DNA of 64,000 nucleotides from Phoronis australis (Eukaryota > Animalia > Phoronida). Under the pieces are notes generated by a model, which was not told the origin of the DNA, made no database searches, and saw nothing but the letters and a program-made list of their open reading frames with translations. This document shows positions 47,666 through 62,571 of this stretch, piece by piece. Both the position numbers and the translations under genes were made by a program. Where the stretch lies: contig NMRA01000062.1 of NCBI GenBank assembly GCA_002633005.1, positions 1,039,981 to 1,103,980 on the forward strand, given 5' to 3'. The first letter of the stretch is position 1; every line of letters begins with the position of its first letter.

Positions 47666-50600
47666 TTTCTCTGAGGCGATCCTCTTTGCCCGCTTCGCCA
47701 ACTGTGGCACTCGAAATGCAGAACAGCATCATAGAAAGAATAACGAAGGAATAGTTCCAGTCGCTATGACTGCTCTGGGTTAATGAAAGTCCTTGTTTAC
47801 ACCCTGTCTCAAGGCACCTGAAAAAGGGCAAAACGATCAACTATTACTACAATGGGAGGAAGTTTTCTGGTAATGTTTCGAGCATTTTCGCAAAAAAAAT
47901 TCGCTCTTTACTCGCATGATTATACGAAGTCTGGCGATTTTTTCTTCGCTAGGAATTAGGTGTGTACAACGATCTCCTGTCTTGAGCGTTCATTCGAATT
48001 GTGGTTCACGCCGTTTATAGGCGCATTACGGCGTTACGCCGTTGCTGCCAACTTCGATTCTAAGCCCAACAACAAGTTGGGAAGATCACCTCTGTAGCCA
48101 ATATCTTACACGACTGATTAACTCCATTTTGGAAATTACGGTTGCAGGGCCAGCTCTCTTCTGTTCTATAATTGCTCTAATCTCCGATCAGATCATATCT
48201 AGCCTGAACCGGCTGTGCTGTTAAAAATAAAAATAAAAGTTAAGTTGCAACATATTTTAACATAAATCAATAGCATTTCTGAATTCCTTGTCAAATACTG
48301 ACCACGAAATCGCCCAACGACAACAGAAGTTATGACAATCCATTCTGCCAGGTTTCAGTAATCATTTGAAGCTTGGGAGATAATTGGTCTGCTTGTTGTC
48401 ACAGGGGACAGACCTCTGTGCTGGGCAGTTAACAAATAAGCCAGATGTTATTGCAGAACCCCTCACGTCTGGAAACGGTGCTGAACGACGCCGTCATGCG
48501 CGTTCGACCCCTGTGTTTTCACTTATCGTCTTGTGTAGCAACTATAGATCATATTTCAACATGTTTGACAGTATGTGTAACCATGACATTCAGTCAACTG
48601 AGATGTGAATAATAGTTGTCGTGCTTTCTACCAAACGTGCACCATTCTGAAGACGATAGATTTTGAGTGACGTCTCAACTGACCAATCAGAATGCAGCAT
48701 TCTTGACACACCTTCGTTTCCAAGTCGCCATTTTACCCCGCCGACAAACAACACGTTGCTGGGTAAATCTTATTGTTTGTCGACATTTCGCAAGGGGGCG
48801 GAGCTTGTGATATGTCAATTAAGCGGCTTGTTAAACTAAAACTTATGTCTGGTGCATACTTTTCACGGATAAACGACTGCCATTGCCACCCCATTAACAA
48901 TAGTTTCCAAGGAAAACATGTACATCTGGGAATTTTCATCAAACGGAAAATCTGTTATACGAATCAAAATTGAGGTTGGTCAGTTCTTGTAGGCTATTAT
49001 TGCAATCACTTGTCTTAGCAGGTTGTTTAATATCATATTGTTGATTATTTTTCTTGGAAAGCCATGATTCTGTCATGGGTGTATTTGGTGCTTTTTCGTC
49101 TGTTGATGCAATACACGCTATACACGGCAGGTCAACGTTGCTATTTTTAAGATATGAAAAGTAATAATCATTAATTTTGTCTAATTTCTTTTTTACCTGG
49201 TGTGATATCATAAGGATAGAGTTGTTAATGGCCCTTGGAGGGGCTCGAAAAACCGCAGACGTGTCACTTGAGTAACTGCGCCAGAGATAAAAGTCGAGAT
49301 CACAAACGAAAAGCGTTTTTATACAGGACCAATCAAAAGTTTAATAGATATACGAGATCGAGGTAGACGTCTGTGAAAAATGATACACGAGAAAAACTTT
49401 TTGGTAGATAAGTGAGTTACGGCGCGCCCTCACCAAAGGCCGAAAATCATCAATTCAAACAAATATAACAGTTTTCGTGTTGGAGTATTTTGCCGAAAAA
49501 AAGAAATTGGTAACGTGCATTTTGCTCTCGTAATTGCGGGGGGGAAATTCCGAAATCTAAACATAACTTGTTGCCTGAAGACTAAAAAGTCGGATAAGGC
49601 TTGACGACTTGACTGGGCAGTTCAGAAGTAGATTACTATACCTGGAGGATTCAATCAGATCATCACGGTAAGAATAATATTTGCTAAATGTGCGTTTAGG
49701 TTTCCAGTACCCACGTTCAAGGGTCACGTGACTAGTACATTTCAGATAAACTTTGCTTAAAATGAGTTTGGTAACGAAACAACACCATAGTGTCAAAATC
49801 TGATTTCAACAGGTCAGTAAGTTTTAATGTTTGTCGTAGACATAACCAGGTAACTCTATACCCAGGAAAATGAACTCTTTCACTAATTCCGTAACCCTAT
49901 CAGTGTGACTCATTATTATGTACCTGCTCACTGTATCCCACATGCCTTTGTGCAGGTTTCAAGGCAAGATTAATAAAATTCTTCTATGTTAACCAAGTCA
50001 GTGAAATAAACAACATTCCACCTGGCCCGCTTTGCGCCGTTCACTTCCTTAAGTGTTGTTTCACGTTGTGACGGTTTTGGGATTGTATTCTCTTAGCATT
50101 TCAATAACATCTGCGATCGCTCTGTCGTGAAAGGTGAAACAATAATACGTTTGATCTCACTGTCAGTTTATATATGGAAAATTCCATCTTTGGATATTTT
50201 AATATTTTGGATTCAGTTCACAACGCTATATCAATATTTCCATTCCTACAACGTTCTGTAAGTAAACATTCAGTTGTTTCTTGCTTTCGAGCAGAGAAAT
50301 TTTAACAGGCACCTGTTGAAATTTCCGGGTTTGATATTCAACAATATCGTTCCACGGCAAACACGATCATTTTCGTAACATAATACGACTTGAAAAACCA
50401 TAATAGAAGTAGCAAATTGTCCTGCGTTTTGCCTAGTAACCGATTGAACGGTTACTAGGGAAATTCAGTATGGAGTGACCTCAATCCATTTCAAGTCACC
50501 GTTTTTGCATAAACTCACAGATTTATTTGATATTTCGAGACTTGCAATTTGCCATACCTAAACTAGATTTAATTCCAGTACTCTTGCAAGTGGCATGTGT

Positions 50601-52482
50601 CAACCTGGGGCAATTACAATTGCACGTGTGTTGTGTTTCAGGTGTGCTTCAATGTCAGTATTTTAGTGTCAAAAATTGAAGATTTAGAAAGGTATTCATG
50701 TATTTCTACAACCAAGGTTGGGATAAACTTCACCCAATTTCTTCACATCAGAGTTAAAAATCAGTTTACAATGTTTTGGTCTAGGAGCCACAAAGTGTAT
50801 CGAGGAACAGTGTTGAAGCTTGTTGGACAGAATCTTTGAAGAGCTATAGGTGTTTCGTGGGGGAAAAGGACTTGGCAAGAAATTCATGCATTTCGAGATG
50901 GAAAACGGGCGTCATCTTTCATGAAGACGGTGTTCACATAGAGCGTGGATTGAAATGACTTGACAATAATATCAGGGATGGGTTTTGGAAGTGGTTATAA
51001 TTTTAGAAACGCTTCATTTTAATTGCCAAGCTCTTTATTTCTCTAGCTTCCAAATTAAATCTCGAAACTCCTGAGTAAACATCAGGCCTTTATTTGGCCG
51101 GTAACGTGCAATTTCACGGTAATACACATTAGCTGATGCGTTAAGATAAGAAACCTTCATAAAGGTTTTACCTCCGTATGTGCTATTTCCGTAAATATCG
51201 TTGAAGTTTTAGCTGAGGTCGCTTCGGTCAGATCAGCCTTGTTTGCAGTAACTTTTATTATTATTCCGCGGTAAAGCGGTTTCCTTTCTTTTGAGTTTTA
51301 TATCCGTCGAGAATTTAATTTACACTTATATTTTCAAAGTAAATACACACAAATTAGCGTGGGATATCATTAAACCTGAGTTAAAATTCCTGAGAAAGTA
51401 ACACATTTCAGAGTATGTTGGAGCGATCGAACGTTATAAACGACAGGTACATTGTACGTTATAATAGGACTCGACTGTGCTTTTCCTGGACCTTCTCATT
51501 CTGTAGATATTGGTTAACTAAACAGGCTTGTCGACAAAGTGCTCTACTGTATGAAGTTAATGTCGCGCCTTGTTATTGGTTCGTTAATTTGGCCGCCGAA
51601 AAAAGATTCATATACGAATGTTGTGTTGACTTTCAAGGCATCTCACCATTCACTTAAAAGTAGTTCCATTGCCAGACCAGTGTTAATTAACATGTTTATT
51701 GCCCCCACAGCCGAGTAGGTAATGAACTATTGCAATCGCTGATAAAAGCGTGTCGAGTTTATAGTCCCTGTAACCCCCGAGATTCATTTCGCGTTATGTG
51801 CCGGACGCATATCTCAAACTGACTTAAGCTTGTGAGGATCTATTCTGCCGCTCCTAAGCCAGAATGCGTCAGATAGATTAGTGGATTGTTCCGTCAATTC
51901 CCGATATGGCACAAGCCTAATAAAGCCGGTGACCAATTTATTACGCTGTTTCTCGTCTGCTCCTTCTGCGCTCATTTGGCTTAGTCAGCACATTTCTTGA
52001 CTTGCTCTATGAGAAGTAAACTCTCCAACTTAATTAGGCTCGATACAAATTTGCTATACTCCGTTGACATGGAATTGTGTCAGGATCTCTTTAAACATAG
52101 CAAATCGTATTCAAGGCTTCAACCACACAAACTCTAGGTTTCGAACTGCAACTGTCTTCAACCCGAAGGTCTAGTCCTAATGAACACACCATTTACAACA
52201 CGTCCTATAGACTAATCAAGTCGCTCTCAGCAGTAGAGACATCTCCCTTTTGGCACATGCTGAACACCATCTGGATACCTAGTGTTTCAGCACCTCAATG
52301 AATGAAGACAATTCGAGTAATCACCAAATGGCAGCATAAGAATGGCAGCCTCTTTTGCATGGCGCGTAGCAAGGTGTACATATACATTCTGTGAATGGCG
52401 AATAGACAGCACTCCAAACAAGTTTATATGCAGTTTGCACACCTGATAGTACATAGGCGGACTTAGGGGGGGAGGGGGGGGG

Positions 52483-52520
52483 NNNNNNNNNNNNNNNNNN
52501 NNNNNNNNNNNNNNNNNNNN
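52483..52520. other. Assembly gap (38 N)
   Basis: Run of n directly after a poly-G tract. Confidence 1.
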
Positions 52521-52802
52521 GAATTTTAATAGAAGCCTTAGTGAATCACTCAGAAACTCGCAATACTCTCTTTGTCAAACCTTATGTTAAGACGATTTCC
52601 AAAGCAATCCCCGGTCATTATTGCCAACACGAATAACGGATTTGGTTTTTTGGGCATTTTAAGACTATTTTGAATACGACCAATTTGTTAAGAATCGATG
52701 GCACAAAACGTGTAATAAGCATTACAAAAAGAAGTAGGTTTCGCACGCAAACGCTGTGGACCATAAACAAGTACGTCTCTTAGTATGTGATCAGTAGTTA
52801 AA

Positions 52803-52866
52803 TCGTGGTGGTGTAGTGGTAACGCACGCGCGCTCTATGCGCAAGGTCGTGAGTTCGAGTCTTAGG
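52803..52866 (+). mobile_element. tRNA-derived SINE-like head / tRNA pseudogene remnant
   Basis: Box A TGGTGTAGTGG and box B GAGTTCGAGTC at tRNA-like spacing, with an intervening GCGC stem; no acceptor stem. Confidence 0.5.
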
Positions 52867-55800
52867 TATTCGCAGTTTTTCCTGTTTGACACGTTCTCCG
52901 TGTTTTTTTTTTGCCTTTTTTCTTGGTTAATACTTTAGGAATCAAGGAAAATACTTGATTTTTAGAGGTCAAAACAGAAAAATTTCCTGGGTGGGAGGGG
53001 GGCAAACCCCCCTCCCGACCTCCTCCCATTTGGTGCTATGCGCATCTACAATCGTGGTTCAGTTTGCGCAAATGTTTACAGCAGGACAAAATGTTGGGCC
53101 CCCCCTTGTGATATCCTAGATCCGCCACTGTAGTGATAGCGTTAAGTACGATCATTACGGAGTTTGAAGTGCCTTTGTTTACAAATGTATACCCCAATGT
53201 CTACCAAGTTCCTTGGCAAATTTTCCTTCTGAAACTTGCCAGTGGGTTTCTATTATACGGCGACAATGACGACCTCCCATTCTGACATCGATTAGACATA
53301 TTACTCACCGTCTAATGGTAGTTGTTACTATTTACGAATCTGTGAATCAATTTCATTTTTTTCATGGATTAGAATTATTCTGCGCCTCCTAGCAGCTGTT
53401 TCAATTATTTTAATTTTTTTGACGTCAGCCTACCTATCCGCTAGACAGCTAAAAATCATTAAGAATTTTCAATGTTTATTTCGAAAAATAGGTTGTACAA
53501 GAGTAGGGCTTCAAAGTAGTATGTAACTAGGATTCAAAATATTACAAATTGAATATTATGTTAGCCCTCTGCAGCACAGGTATCCATACAGAGAGAGAGT
53601 GTTTGCCATTTGGATACTATCTGCGCGTGTTGTCTTCTTATGAATATCTTTTCATTATATATCAAACGTGTTTATAGAATAGTTTTAGCAAAGCAGCGTT
53701 TTATAAGCTTAGACATTGCATAACATTTGGATCATGACTGATTGGCAAAAATGCTAACTGGCCTTGTATTCCGGGTAACACGGTATCTGTTTTACAGCCG
53801 GAAAACACGTTTTGGGAATAATTATCAATATAATAATATATAATGATTATAATAAATATGGGATATGCATGTAGATGGACTTATGGCAACTATTGGCTTT
53901 GACTACAGCTAAAAACAACACATTCCACTGCGTTTTGTCATTTTATTACAAACTGCCAATTCTTGCCGTAGCCTGTTATAGATTCGCTGAAATCAAGACC
54001 AGTGTCTTACCATTCTAACACACTTAAACTACTATGCCAGTAGAACGTTGAATTGCTACTGCATCAAGTTTCAAAGTCTCATTCTGCCCTGAGGCTGATT
54101 TCAGAGGGTTACCATTCTCTCCGACAGTGTCCGTGTTTACTGTGTCTTTTCTTAGTTGAATACAAATTGCAGTAGTTAATCGGAAGTCTCTTCGTAATTT
54201 TTTATCTTGACCTCGTGAAAGCGCTAGACCCAATCAATCAGTTGCCAACGAACATAGGACCACTTCAGCAATGTTTACTTCCCAGTTTAACAATATCCTT
54301 TTCAAGTCCCGGCGCACTCTGCTCCCGTCTGTCCTATGTTAACGATAAGATACAGCAAGAAAAATGTCGGCATGTTATCGTTATAAAATAATTGAAAATA
54401 TTTCTTTTGTGTAATTCAAAAATGGTGGTATTCAAGTTCTTCAAACGTCCATCCTTTCGATGACAATCTATACTACTTTATTTTACAATGCAATCATTTA
54501 GTTGTTTGGACCGAATGCCTTCTTGATGCTGCCATGCTTTGCACGTTGTGTATTTTCGATGGATTTGGAACCTTATCTTATTCCACGCGGCAATAGTTGA
54601 CATTGCCAGACTGAAACTTATCTCAATCAAAAATGTGATTTTCCATCCGATTTCGAAGCTATTAAATCCGAAATTACATCCCAAATTTTTACCAAAATGG
54701 TTTAAAGCGACCCAAAGCACGTCAAAAATTGAAAATGGCACGCATCTCAACGGAACGACTATCTGCATTGCATTGACTGATTTCTTAATAACGATCTTCA
54801 AAGAAAATAGTTCAATCGTTATAAAACCAGGAGGAAGATTTTCAGTTGACCCACTCTTTGCTCAGTCGCGTTTTTCTTGAACAATAACTGCTTGTAAGCG
54901 AGAAGTTGAAATTTAGCAGGTCTTCAGGTAACCTCGAGGCAATTTGGCTTAGTTTGTAAAATATCTGGCTGGTCGACACCCAATGCAGGTTTGGCAGATT
55001 GTATGCACTGACTCTTAGTTCCTATTAGTGGAAACGATGGTTCTGAGATGAAAACTGTTGATTTGATGTATGTTTGCTCGTAGTCGAATGCATCTGCATT
55101 ACTAGTAAAATATGGAAAAAGTGACTTTGATAGAATGTGTCATATGGTTGATAAAATATAAGCATACGTGATCAACTTTTGGGTCTCAATGTTTCATTGC
55201 AATGTATGTAATCGAAACAGGATTTCAGACTTGGCTAATACATGCATATTTGGAGATCCAGCGAAAATTAGACTCGCTGCATATTAATTACAAGGTACCA
55301 AACTGAACTGCTTTGTAGCAAACTCTGACATTAACTCCTATAATTTTACACGATTTTACTTTTCGCGATAAACATTAAAAGTCAAATGTTTCTATTACAG
55401 ACTAGCTCATTTTAAGTTATTCAAGTCAATGCTAAACCTTTCCAAGAATAGATATGAACAGATAATAAAAACAAACAGCCCCGCTGTGCCAGATAGTTCG
55501 ACTGGCGAATCTGCACGTAGGCTGTCACAAGGGAGGCCGAACCTTATCACTCTTGAAGAAAAACGATGGCGTAAAGCAAAAAACCAGTGTGGCGGTGGCG
55601 TTTTCTTTTATGATTGTGCACGTAGGTGGGGCTGGGCCTCCGTGGCCTCCAATCCTCCTGTGAGTTCAAGCATGGCCATTGTCAAACTAATACATTTCCT
55701 GTCAACATTTTAAATGCATTATTTGCCAGAAAACAACATTAATCCCTTGCAAACGGTGTTTTTAAGTTTTCCTTTAACAATATTGTTTCTTCCGTCACTT

Positions 55801-58800
55801 CATTCAAACACTCGCGTTTGGCATACGTATTTAGTATACAGATAATGAATTGTAACCCCACTGTGTTCCTTTCGATGACCCTTTATGGTAGTCTAAATGA
55901 GTTATTCCAAGGCTCTGGAACATGGGGGACAACTTAGGAATTGATTGTTTTCCCTTAGACATTCCTAAGCTTATTCCCGTAGCGTGGCTCCGCCTTACAC
56001 CATGGTACATTTACGCCCTTGTTACGCGGCATTATTTTTCAAAATAAGAGCGTGTTTGTGTGCATATATAAACTGGATCGGGAAACAGCAGTTCACATTT
56101 TCCCACTCAGTACAAATTTTGCAAGGCTCCTCACTTTCCTCGGCTGTCACTGTTTTTTTGTAATCTCTCACCAGACGAAAGCGGTTTTTTATCAGTTGGC
56201 CGTTGGGTGCTTCCGGGTGGGCTGCCATTCGCTAGTACCCCAGTGTATGTAACTTAGGACACCCGAGGACATAATTATGAAATGTGAACACCAATAGGGT
56301 GAAATTGTTTGCAAGATTTTACATTTTTATAAAGGCTTTTAATTAATTTATTTATTAAACTGTTGGGGTCCATGCTATATATTAGCACTTGCTACGCATG
56401 TTTTGTATACTAATAATCTATTCTCGTCAAATAAAGTCTACAAACCTTTATAATCACCAGGTTTGTTGGTCTCTCTTCTCTATTTTTTGCATTAAATCCA
56501 CGTACCGATTGGTACTAGGAGCTGTTCACACCGTTAAATAAACCTGGCAGTAGTTGACTTGATGCTTTACCTAACTTAGATTGTGTCTGAACCGCTACAG
56601 ATGTTTGCTCAGTTGTCGCAGCTATTGTTCAAATTAGAAGGTCAACAGACATTCAAAAGTAAGTGTGCTATGAATGAAAAAAACATACAAATATAAGGGT
56701 GGTACCGCTTTAACTAAACAACAACATGAACAGGTTATTATTCTGAACAAAACCCAAAAACGCTGCTGTTATTCGTGAGAACGGAATGCATACAGCACAG
56801 TGTAGTTACGCGGCAAATTTGTAGCCGTTCACTTTGGAAACAAATACATGTGAGGGTAACTTTTAATCACGTTCATATCTTCGGGTAAGCTGTTTCTTTG
56901 GTGTTTACTTTACATAACCTGCATCTGGCAAAATCCAGAAATAGTGGAAAAAACGTTGGTTTCTACGCCTAAGCCAAAACGCCCTCTAGGAAAGTTACAT
57001 CTGATTAATTTTTATAACACTCTAAGTAACAGATGTTTATTTTGCAAAGCTTAGAATTTTTTCCTGTGTTTGACGTCGGGAATTCTTAGAAAGCTGTTCA
57101 TTGTCGCCGCAATGACTTTGGAAAATTTGCCCTATTCGTGGTTATCAGTAAACAGTGTTAACGGAGTACATTCATATTAAAAGCCCGTCTTTCAATTGCA
57201 TGAACAAACTGGCCAAGTGTTGTTTCAACTTGTATTGGACCTTATTGAAAAGCGTGTGTATTTATTCGAATCTATAGAAAATGTAGATTTTAACCATGTA
57301 GAATTTGATTTCCGACTGTTTACCAATCTGCCATTAACTGATTCACGTGACCACCTGATTATAGCACAATTTAGCAAAGACGAATGCTACGTTCACACTA
57401 AAACTCCGACCGGTATCAACAACAAGGCCAAGTTTTGACTTACATAAATATTTAGTATGACAGAGCGCCGTCAAAGTTTTCTAAATTATCCATTGCTTTC
57501 GTGACATGCAACGAACCGGTTCTTTTGAAAATTTAAACTTTTCTTCTTGGTCAAAAGTCACGATTTCATAAGCCCATTTTGGTAAATAATGAAACAATTG
57601 CATGTAGCAAGGTATATTTTAACAGTTTCACTAAATATTACTTAAATGCACAAATATAAGTAATACAAAAGGCCGCTTAAGTTTAAGAATATATGTGCAA
57701 GTTTTAAAGTCGCCATCTCCTACTCTGGCATAAAATTAAGCAAATGGGTAATTAACATAAATCTCGCTTAAATTTAAGCATATATCTGTACAAGTTCGGA
57801 ACTTGCCATCTTCTACTCACGAAAATCATAAAACTTCAGTTTTTGATAGCCCCTTGATGTCCAAGTGAAACAAATTATTTAACAAATCCTTTACTGCATC
57901 TTGGGTGTACAGTACATGTCGATTAATTTCTGCAAGTTTCGTGTGAGTTTGAAGTTAGTTGAATTGGAATATTTCAATGATCCTACATACATGTAACGGT
58001 AATCGACCTACTACGGTGAGCTTGGTTCAAAAGGAGGACGAAATGGTTAAATCTTAAAAATGTTATTTTTGATAACTACAAAACTCTATAATTTAGCTCA
58101 GCAAACGCGTATACTGTCTGCAAATAGAAATTGTGTAAAATTATATTTTTGTCTTTATATCAATCTGTCATTAGTTAGGGCACGTGACCATGTTTTTTCG
58201 TAAAACTTAGTAAAAAGGGGATAAATTCATTGCAAAACGACAGGCGCCAAGTGTGTATGACATAAATGTTCAAGGTAATATCTCAGAAACTGTATTACCG
58301 TTTTCTTAAATCATCGTTTCGTTTTCGTTTTATGCAAATTTAAAGATTTGTCATCAAATTTATGTAAGTCCTATTTTTGACAGCCTCCATCCAAATATTA
58401 GCAGCGTTATAGAGAACAGTGGAAATAGCCTGATACTTGAACGTTCCATGTGAATCCCACCAGCCACTTTTGAGATTTGATGATGTTCCTAACTTGGCCA
58501 AAACTGGACATTTTTCTATAGTTCTACACAAGACAGCGTATAAAATCTCGATGGAAAGACATGTCAGGTGTGTCTAAAGTAATACTAAAACCCATTTCAG
58601 CCTCCGTTAGCGTTGTGAACTGTGGCCATATGATTTACACTTTTTAAAAACGTTTTTTGCATTTGTAGTTACAAGTGTTGCTTAATTGCAAAGATACAGC
58701 AAATTTCTGTGACGGTTGTTGTCTACTTTGTTTCGCAAATAGCAGATATCCACATGTAGATGAACAATAATTTCATCTCTTAGGAGAGCTAGTGACTATG

Positions 58801-61800
58801 TACATGTAACAGTTGGTGACTAAACAAGTTTTGATTGCATTCATCAAAGCAGGTTTTAATTCGATAATAGATAGAATATAAAGCGAAAAAACGGTGTTGA
58901 TTTTTTATAAGTGAGGTTGTTTGTTTATTTTGAGGAAAGGTGTTATACACGTACATTGCTTATGTACTTTCCCATTGTTCATTTCTGTATTTTCTCTAAT
59001 GTTTGTTTTCATTATCAATGTCTGGGTCTTTCCGTAGTCCTTTCATTTGTCTACAATCCCTACCAGCGTGCCTCTTTATCTATCATCAACGTACGCGTTT
59101 AAACGTATTTCGTAGTGGCATATTAGCTCCCATGATCTGCGTCATTCCGTTTAAAAATCTCACGAGAAGAAAACCACTGTATCCCTAGAGAGAGACTCAA
59201 GGAATTCAGAAGTATCACGTGCTTATTTCTAATGCAAACTACTCGGACATACATGTAGTAGCCAAAGCATCACTATCGCAAAATCAGGGAAAACGCAAAG
59301 TTTGTGCACGTTTTTGTTTCAGCCTCTTTTCCGAGGTCCAACTGCGATTTTATATGATTTTTTGTTGGAATGAAACGTGCTATCAGTGACCAATGTTTCG
59401 AAAATATATGTAACAAATTATCGGTCACCCAGCTTTCACCATTGTAAAAAACTTAAAAAGTGCAAGGTGTGGTTTTGCAATATTTTTCTCCATAAATTAA
59501 AATTTATATCGAAAATGGACCCTTATTTCATATGAAAAGCGTAGCAGCCCGTCTATTATTACAACTAGGTCAAAAAAATTATGGCGTGCTAGACAGCAGA
59601 ATACAAAGGCTCAATTACAGACCTAATAGTTATGAATATGGGCATGTTGTTTTTGAGGGATGACGTCGCAAATTCTCTTTGTAAAGTGCGGTGCAGGTGT
59701 GACACACACACACGCACTGTGAGATCGGCTTTTAGCAATAATATTTGTCAATGGGAGAAATAAAATTGTGGGTTTATTCAAACATAACCGCTATAGGTAA
59801 ATAAATACCGCACCCTTAAAAATTACATTACGAACAATATATCTGTTTGCGACGGCATTCGTGTAAAGGCATAGGTATATGGAAGCTCGCTTTAGTGGAG
59901 ACAACCGCTTTACCTCTCGCTCCACCCCCCCCCCCCTGACACCAGTGATCTTCCAAGAAATTGCCTTTCCTCCGCCCCATGTCGTTGAATCAGTCCCACA
60001 GAGAGGTGAAAATTAAATTAATACGAATATGCCACACTCCTGTCCCCGTGGTCCCAACGTCAGATTATTGCTTATCGCCACCACTTTAAACCCCCCGCTC
60101 CTTGTCTTTGCCAATTTTGCACCTTCTCGCTATATGCGTGGAGTCTTTGTAGTTTGGTGGTGGAGATGACTCGGAAGGAAGCCAGTTTAAACTTGAGTAC
60201 CGGCACTTCCACTTCAATTCGCGAGGAAAGGTCATATATAAGATCTGAGAATGTTACGGGGTTATGCGATTGGGCACGATTTTGACCTTCACTGGGAGGC
60301 ATGTTTCATGAATTTGAAAATATAAAAAAATTATTACCGAAATCAGTCTTCAATTGGCATAAGCCTAACTCAAGAGACCCCTCGACTGGCGGCGAAATCC
60401 GGAGAAATACGGGATGGAATAACGTCATCTCGGAACTAGTAGAAAGGATATCGTATTGAAAGTTATAATTAAGTACTTGAAATCCAATGTCAGGGTTAAT
60501 ATAATGAGTGTCAGATTTGAGGAAAATTTACTTCATTGAGGGTCGTCCATTGTAGGGGTACATGTTGACAGGGTGCGTTTCCGGGGTCCTTTGTTCAAAA
60601 TTCCTTTTCGAAAAGGGTTCTCCATTTTTTGAGACTGACCCCGAATTTCGTCCTTTTACGTCACAATTCACCAAAACACCAATTTCATAGAGCGTTTTAC
60701 AAAAAAGTACCTCGTGCAATTTGCTGTTTGGGGTAGGACGTATAACTATTGTCCTAAACTTCAATTTGCATAAATGTTCACAAAATGATCGTCATTGTCT
60801 TCTCAGATTGGTTATACTAGTAATAATAATCGTCTACGAATCACTCCATTTTCGTAGAGGCATACATGTAAACATGAAGACCAGGGGCCCGTTCCAAGTA
60901 ACAGACTTACATTAATTTTTGACCAAAGAAAATCACACTCCTGACATTCTGATCGACACAGCAAATTTCATAAGATCACATGCGATCAACAAAAGAATCA
61001 GTATCGCAAGTAAAAATTGCTATTAATTTTAGAGTTATAAAACAATCGAAAGTTTATTATGTCGGATTTATTGAGTGCTTAGGGGCAATTGTCGAATGAC
61101 GCAACCTTTGAAGAGAACCTTGTCGTCTGAGACCAGATTCCTTAACATAAAAGGCACGATGCCCAAAGAAAGATTGTAGACTGTTTCCACCATCAAATCA
61201 CCCTCATTATATCACAAGGGCACTACCCTTTACATACAGGACTTACGATTTCACAAAAAGGTGGAAAGAGAGGCATCTGATTCCATCATTGGGGCGCTCC
61301 CCGTGAGGGGGCACTTAAGAAAAATTATGTAGATTTATATTATTCCAAGAGCAGGGATTTGTTTCAAATAATATTACTATTAAAATGGGCAAAATGAGTG
61401 ACAGATGACTTCATTACCCAGAAGAATTGTCTTCTGAACTAATTTGCTCTGGATAATCTTTGCATTACAATTTCTCTCAGATTTCTTTGCAGCATACATG
61501 AATTAGGACACAATTTCCAGTTGACGCAGCTTACTTGTAAGATGAAACAATTTTTGCCAGACGACGATACGTAAGACGGTGGACAGCGTTCTGCATTTTT
61601 GTACGGCTTTGATAACGTGGAATATTTACCAGCATTTCTTTACATAATCTATGCGACCATCATGCCATCAAACTGTAACCGTGGGATATCAATATTAATT
61701 TTCAAAATGTCTTTTCATGAGAGAAATCGCGTTTCGTCCATGTCATCTTGTCCCGACTTGGTCACCGCAGTCAGAAGTTAGGTCAAGGCAATAGCACATT

Positions 61801-62474
61801 TGTGCTTTCATGATGCTGATGTTGTATTGAGTGTGTTCGTTATTGTTGTTTATTCTGCATGTAAACGCTCAGTTGTTTTTTCGTCTTCTATCGAGAGGGC
61901 AAAAACAAATAGAAATACTATGACTGAGTGGGTTCGTGAATGACGACATTGAAATGCTGTTGAAGTTAGAGCAATAGTTTACGACTACAGTGTATGTTGG
62001 AAGAACGTGAGATCTTCATTCAGACATCAGTTAACGTGGATAGCGGGGTTCAGAACATTGCCCTAACGGCAACAATTGAAACTCTAATTCAATAATGCAT
62101 TGAAATGCCCAAATGAGTGAAAGATCGTTTTTCTTTTCATCAGTGTTGACTTAAGGGTTTTCCGTGTTTAAACCATTGAAATTAAGGACGTTATATACCG
62201 CGTGCGCTATCGTTCCTATTAATAGTAACACGGAAATATCGTCTCAGATGTTTTTATTTAACTACTGTTACTTATTTGGAAAATAGTTTCAATGGACTTC
62301 TGGCACTTTATGAGAGCATACCCATATATTTAAAAGGATACTAACACATGCTTTGGTTATTTCATCCAATCCTCGTTCTGTCACCTGCTAACACATGTTG
62401 TGTGATAAAAGCAGGATTCAATTAAAAACTAATACGTTCCGCGTCACATACATACACAAAACGTAACGATAGTA

Positions 62475-62571
62475 ATGAAGTAATATCCCACGAAACATTA
62501 TTCCGCGTATGGTCCGAGACCGAAGGTCCGTGTCGGTACGCGGAATAATGTTGAGTAGGATATTACTTCAT
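62475..62571. repeat. Long imperfect inverted repeat (hairpin)
   Basis: ATGAAGTAATATCC..AACATTATTCCGCGTA pairs with TACGCGGAATAATGTT..GGATATTACTTCAT. Confidence 0.85.

Larger units (their letters stand above)
52452..53130. mobile_element. MITE-like element spanning an assembly gap
   Basis: Imperfect TIRs CATAGGCGGACTTAGG..CCTAGATCCGCCACTG with poly-G/C subterminal tracts; a similar end GGATCCGCCCC occurs at ~16575. Confidence 0.5.

Noticed and set aside
48733-49211. Minus-strand ORFs of 69 and 90 aa
   Set aside because: No recognisable domain and no consistent exon chain.
52803-52866. Functional tRNA gene
   Set aside because: No acceptor stem, non-canonical anticodon loop, and embedded in a MITE-like element.
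54478-54880. Overlapping 107-aa and 113-aa ORFs on opposite strands
   Set aside because: Non-ATG starts, no recognisable motifs and no splice support.
56694-59819. Kolobok-like element (TAAGGGTGGTA..TACCGCACCCTTAA)
   Set aside because: The terminal match is short and imperfect, the left TTAA is absent and no transposase remnant was recognised.
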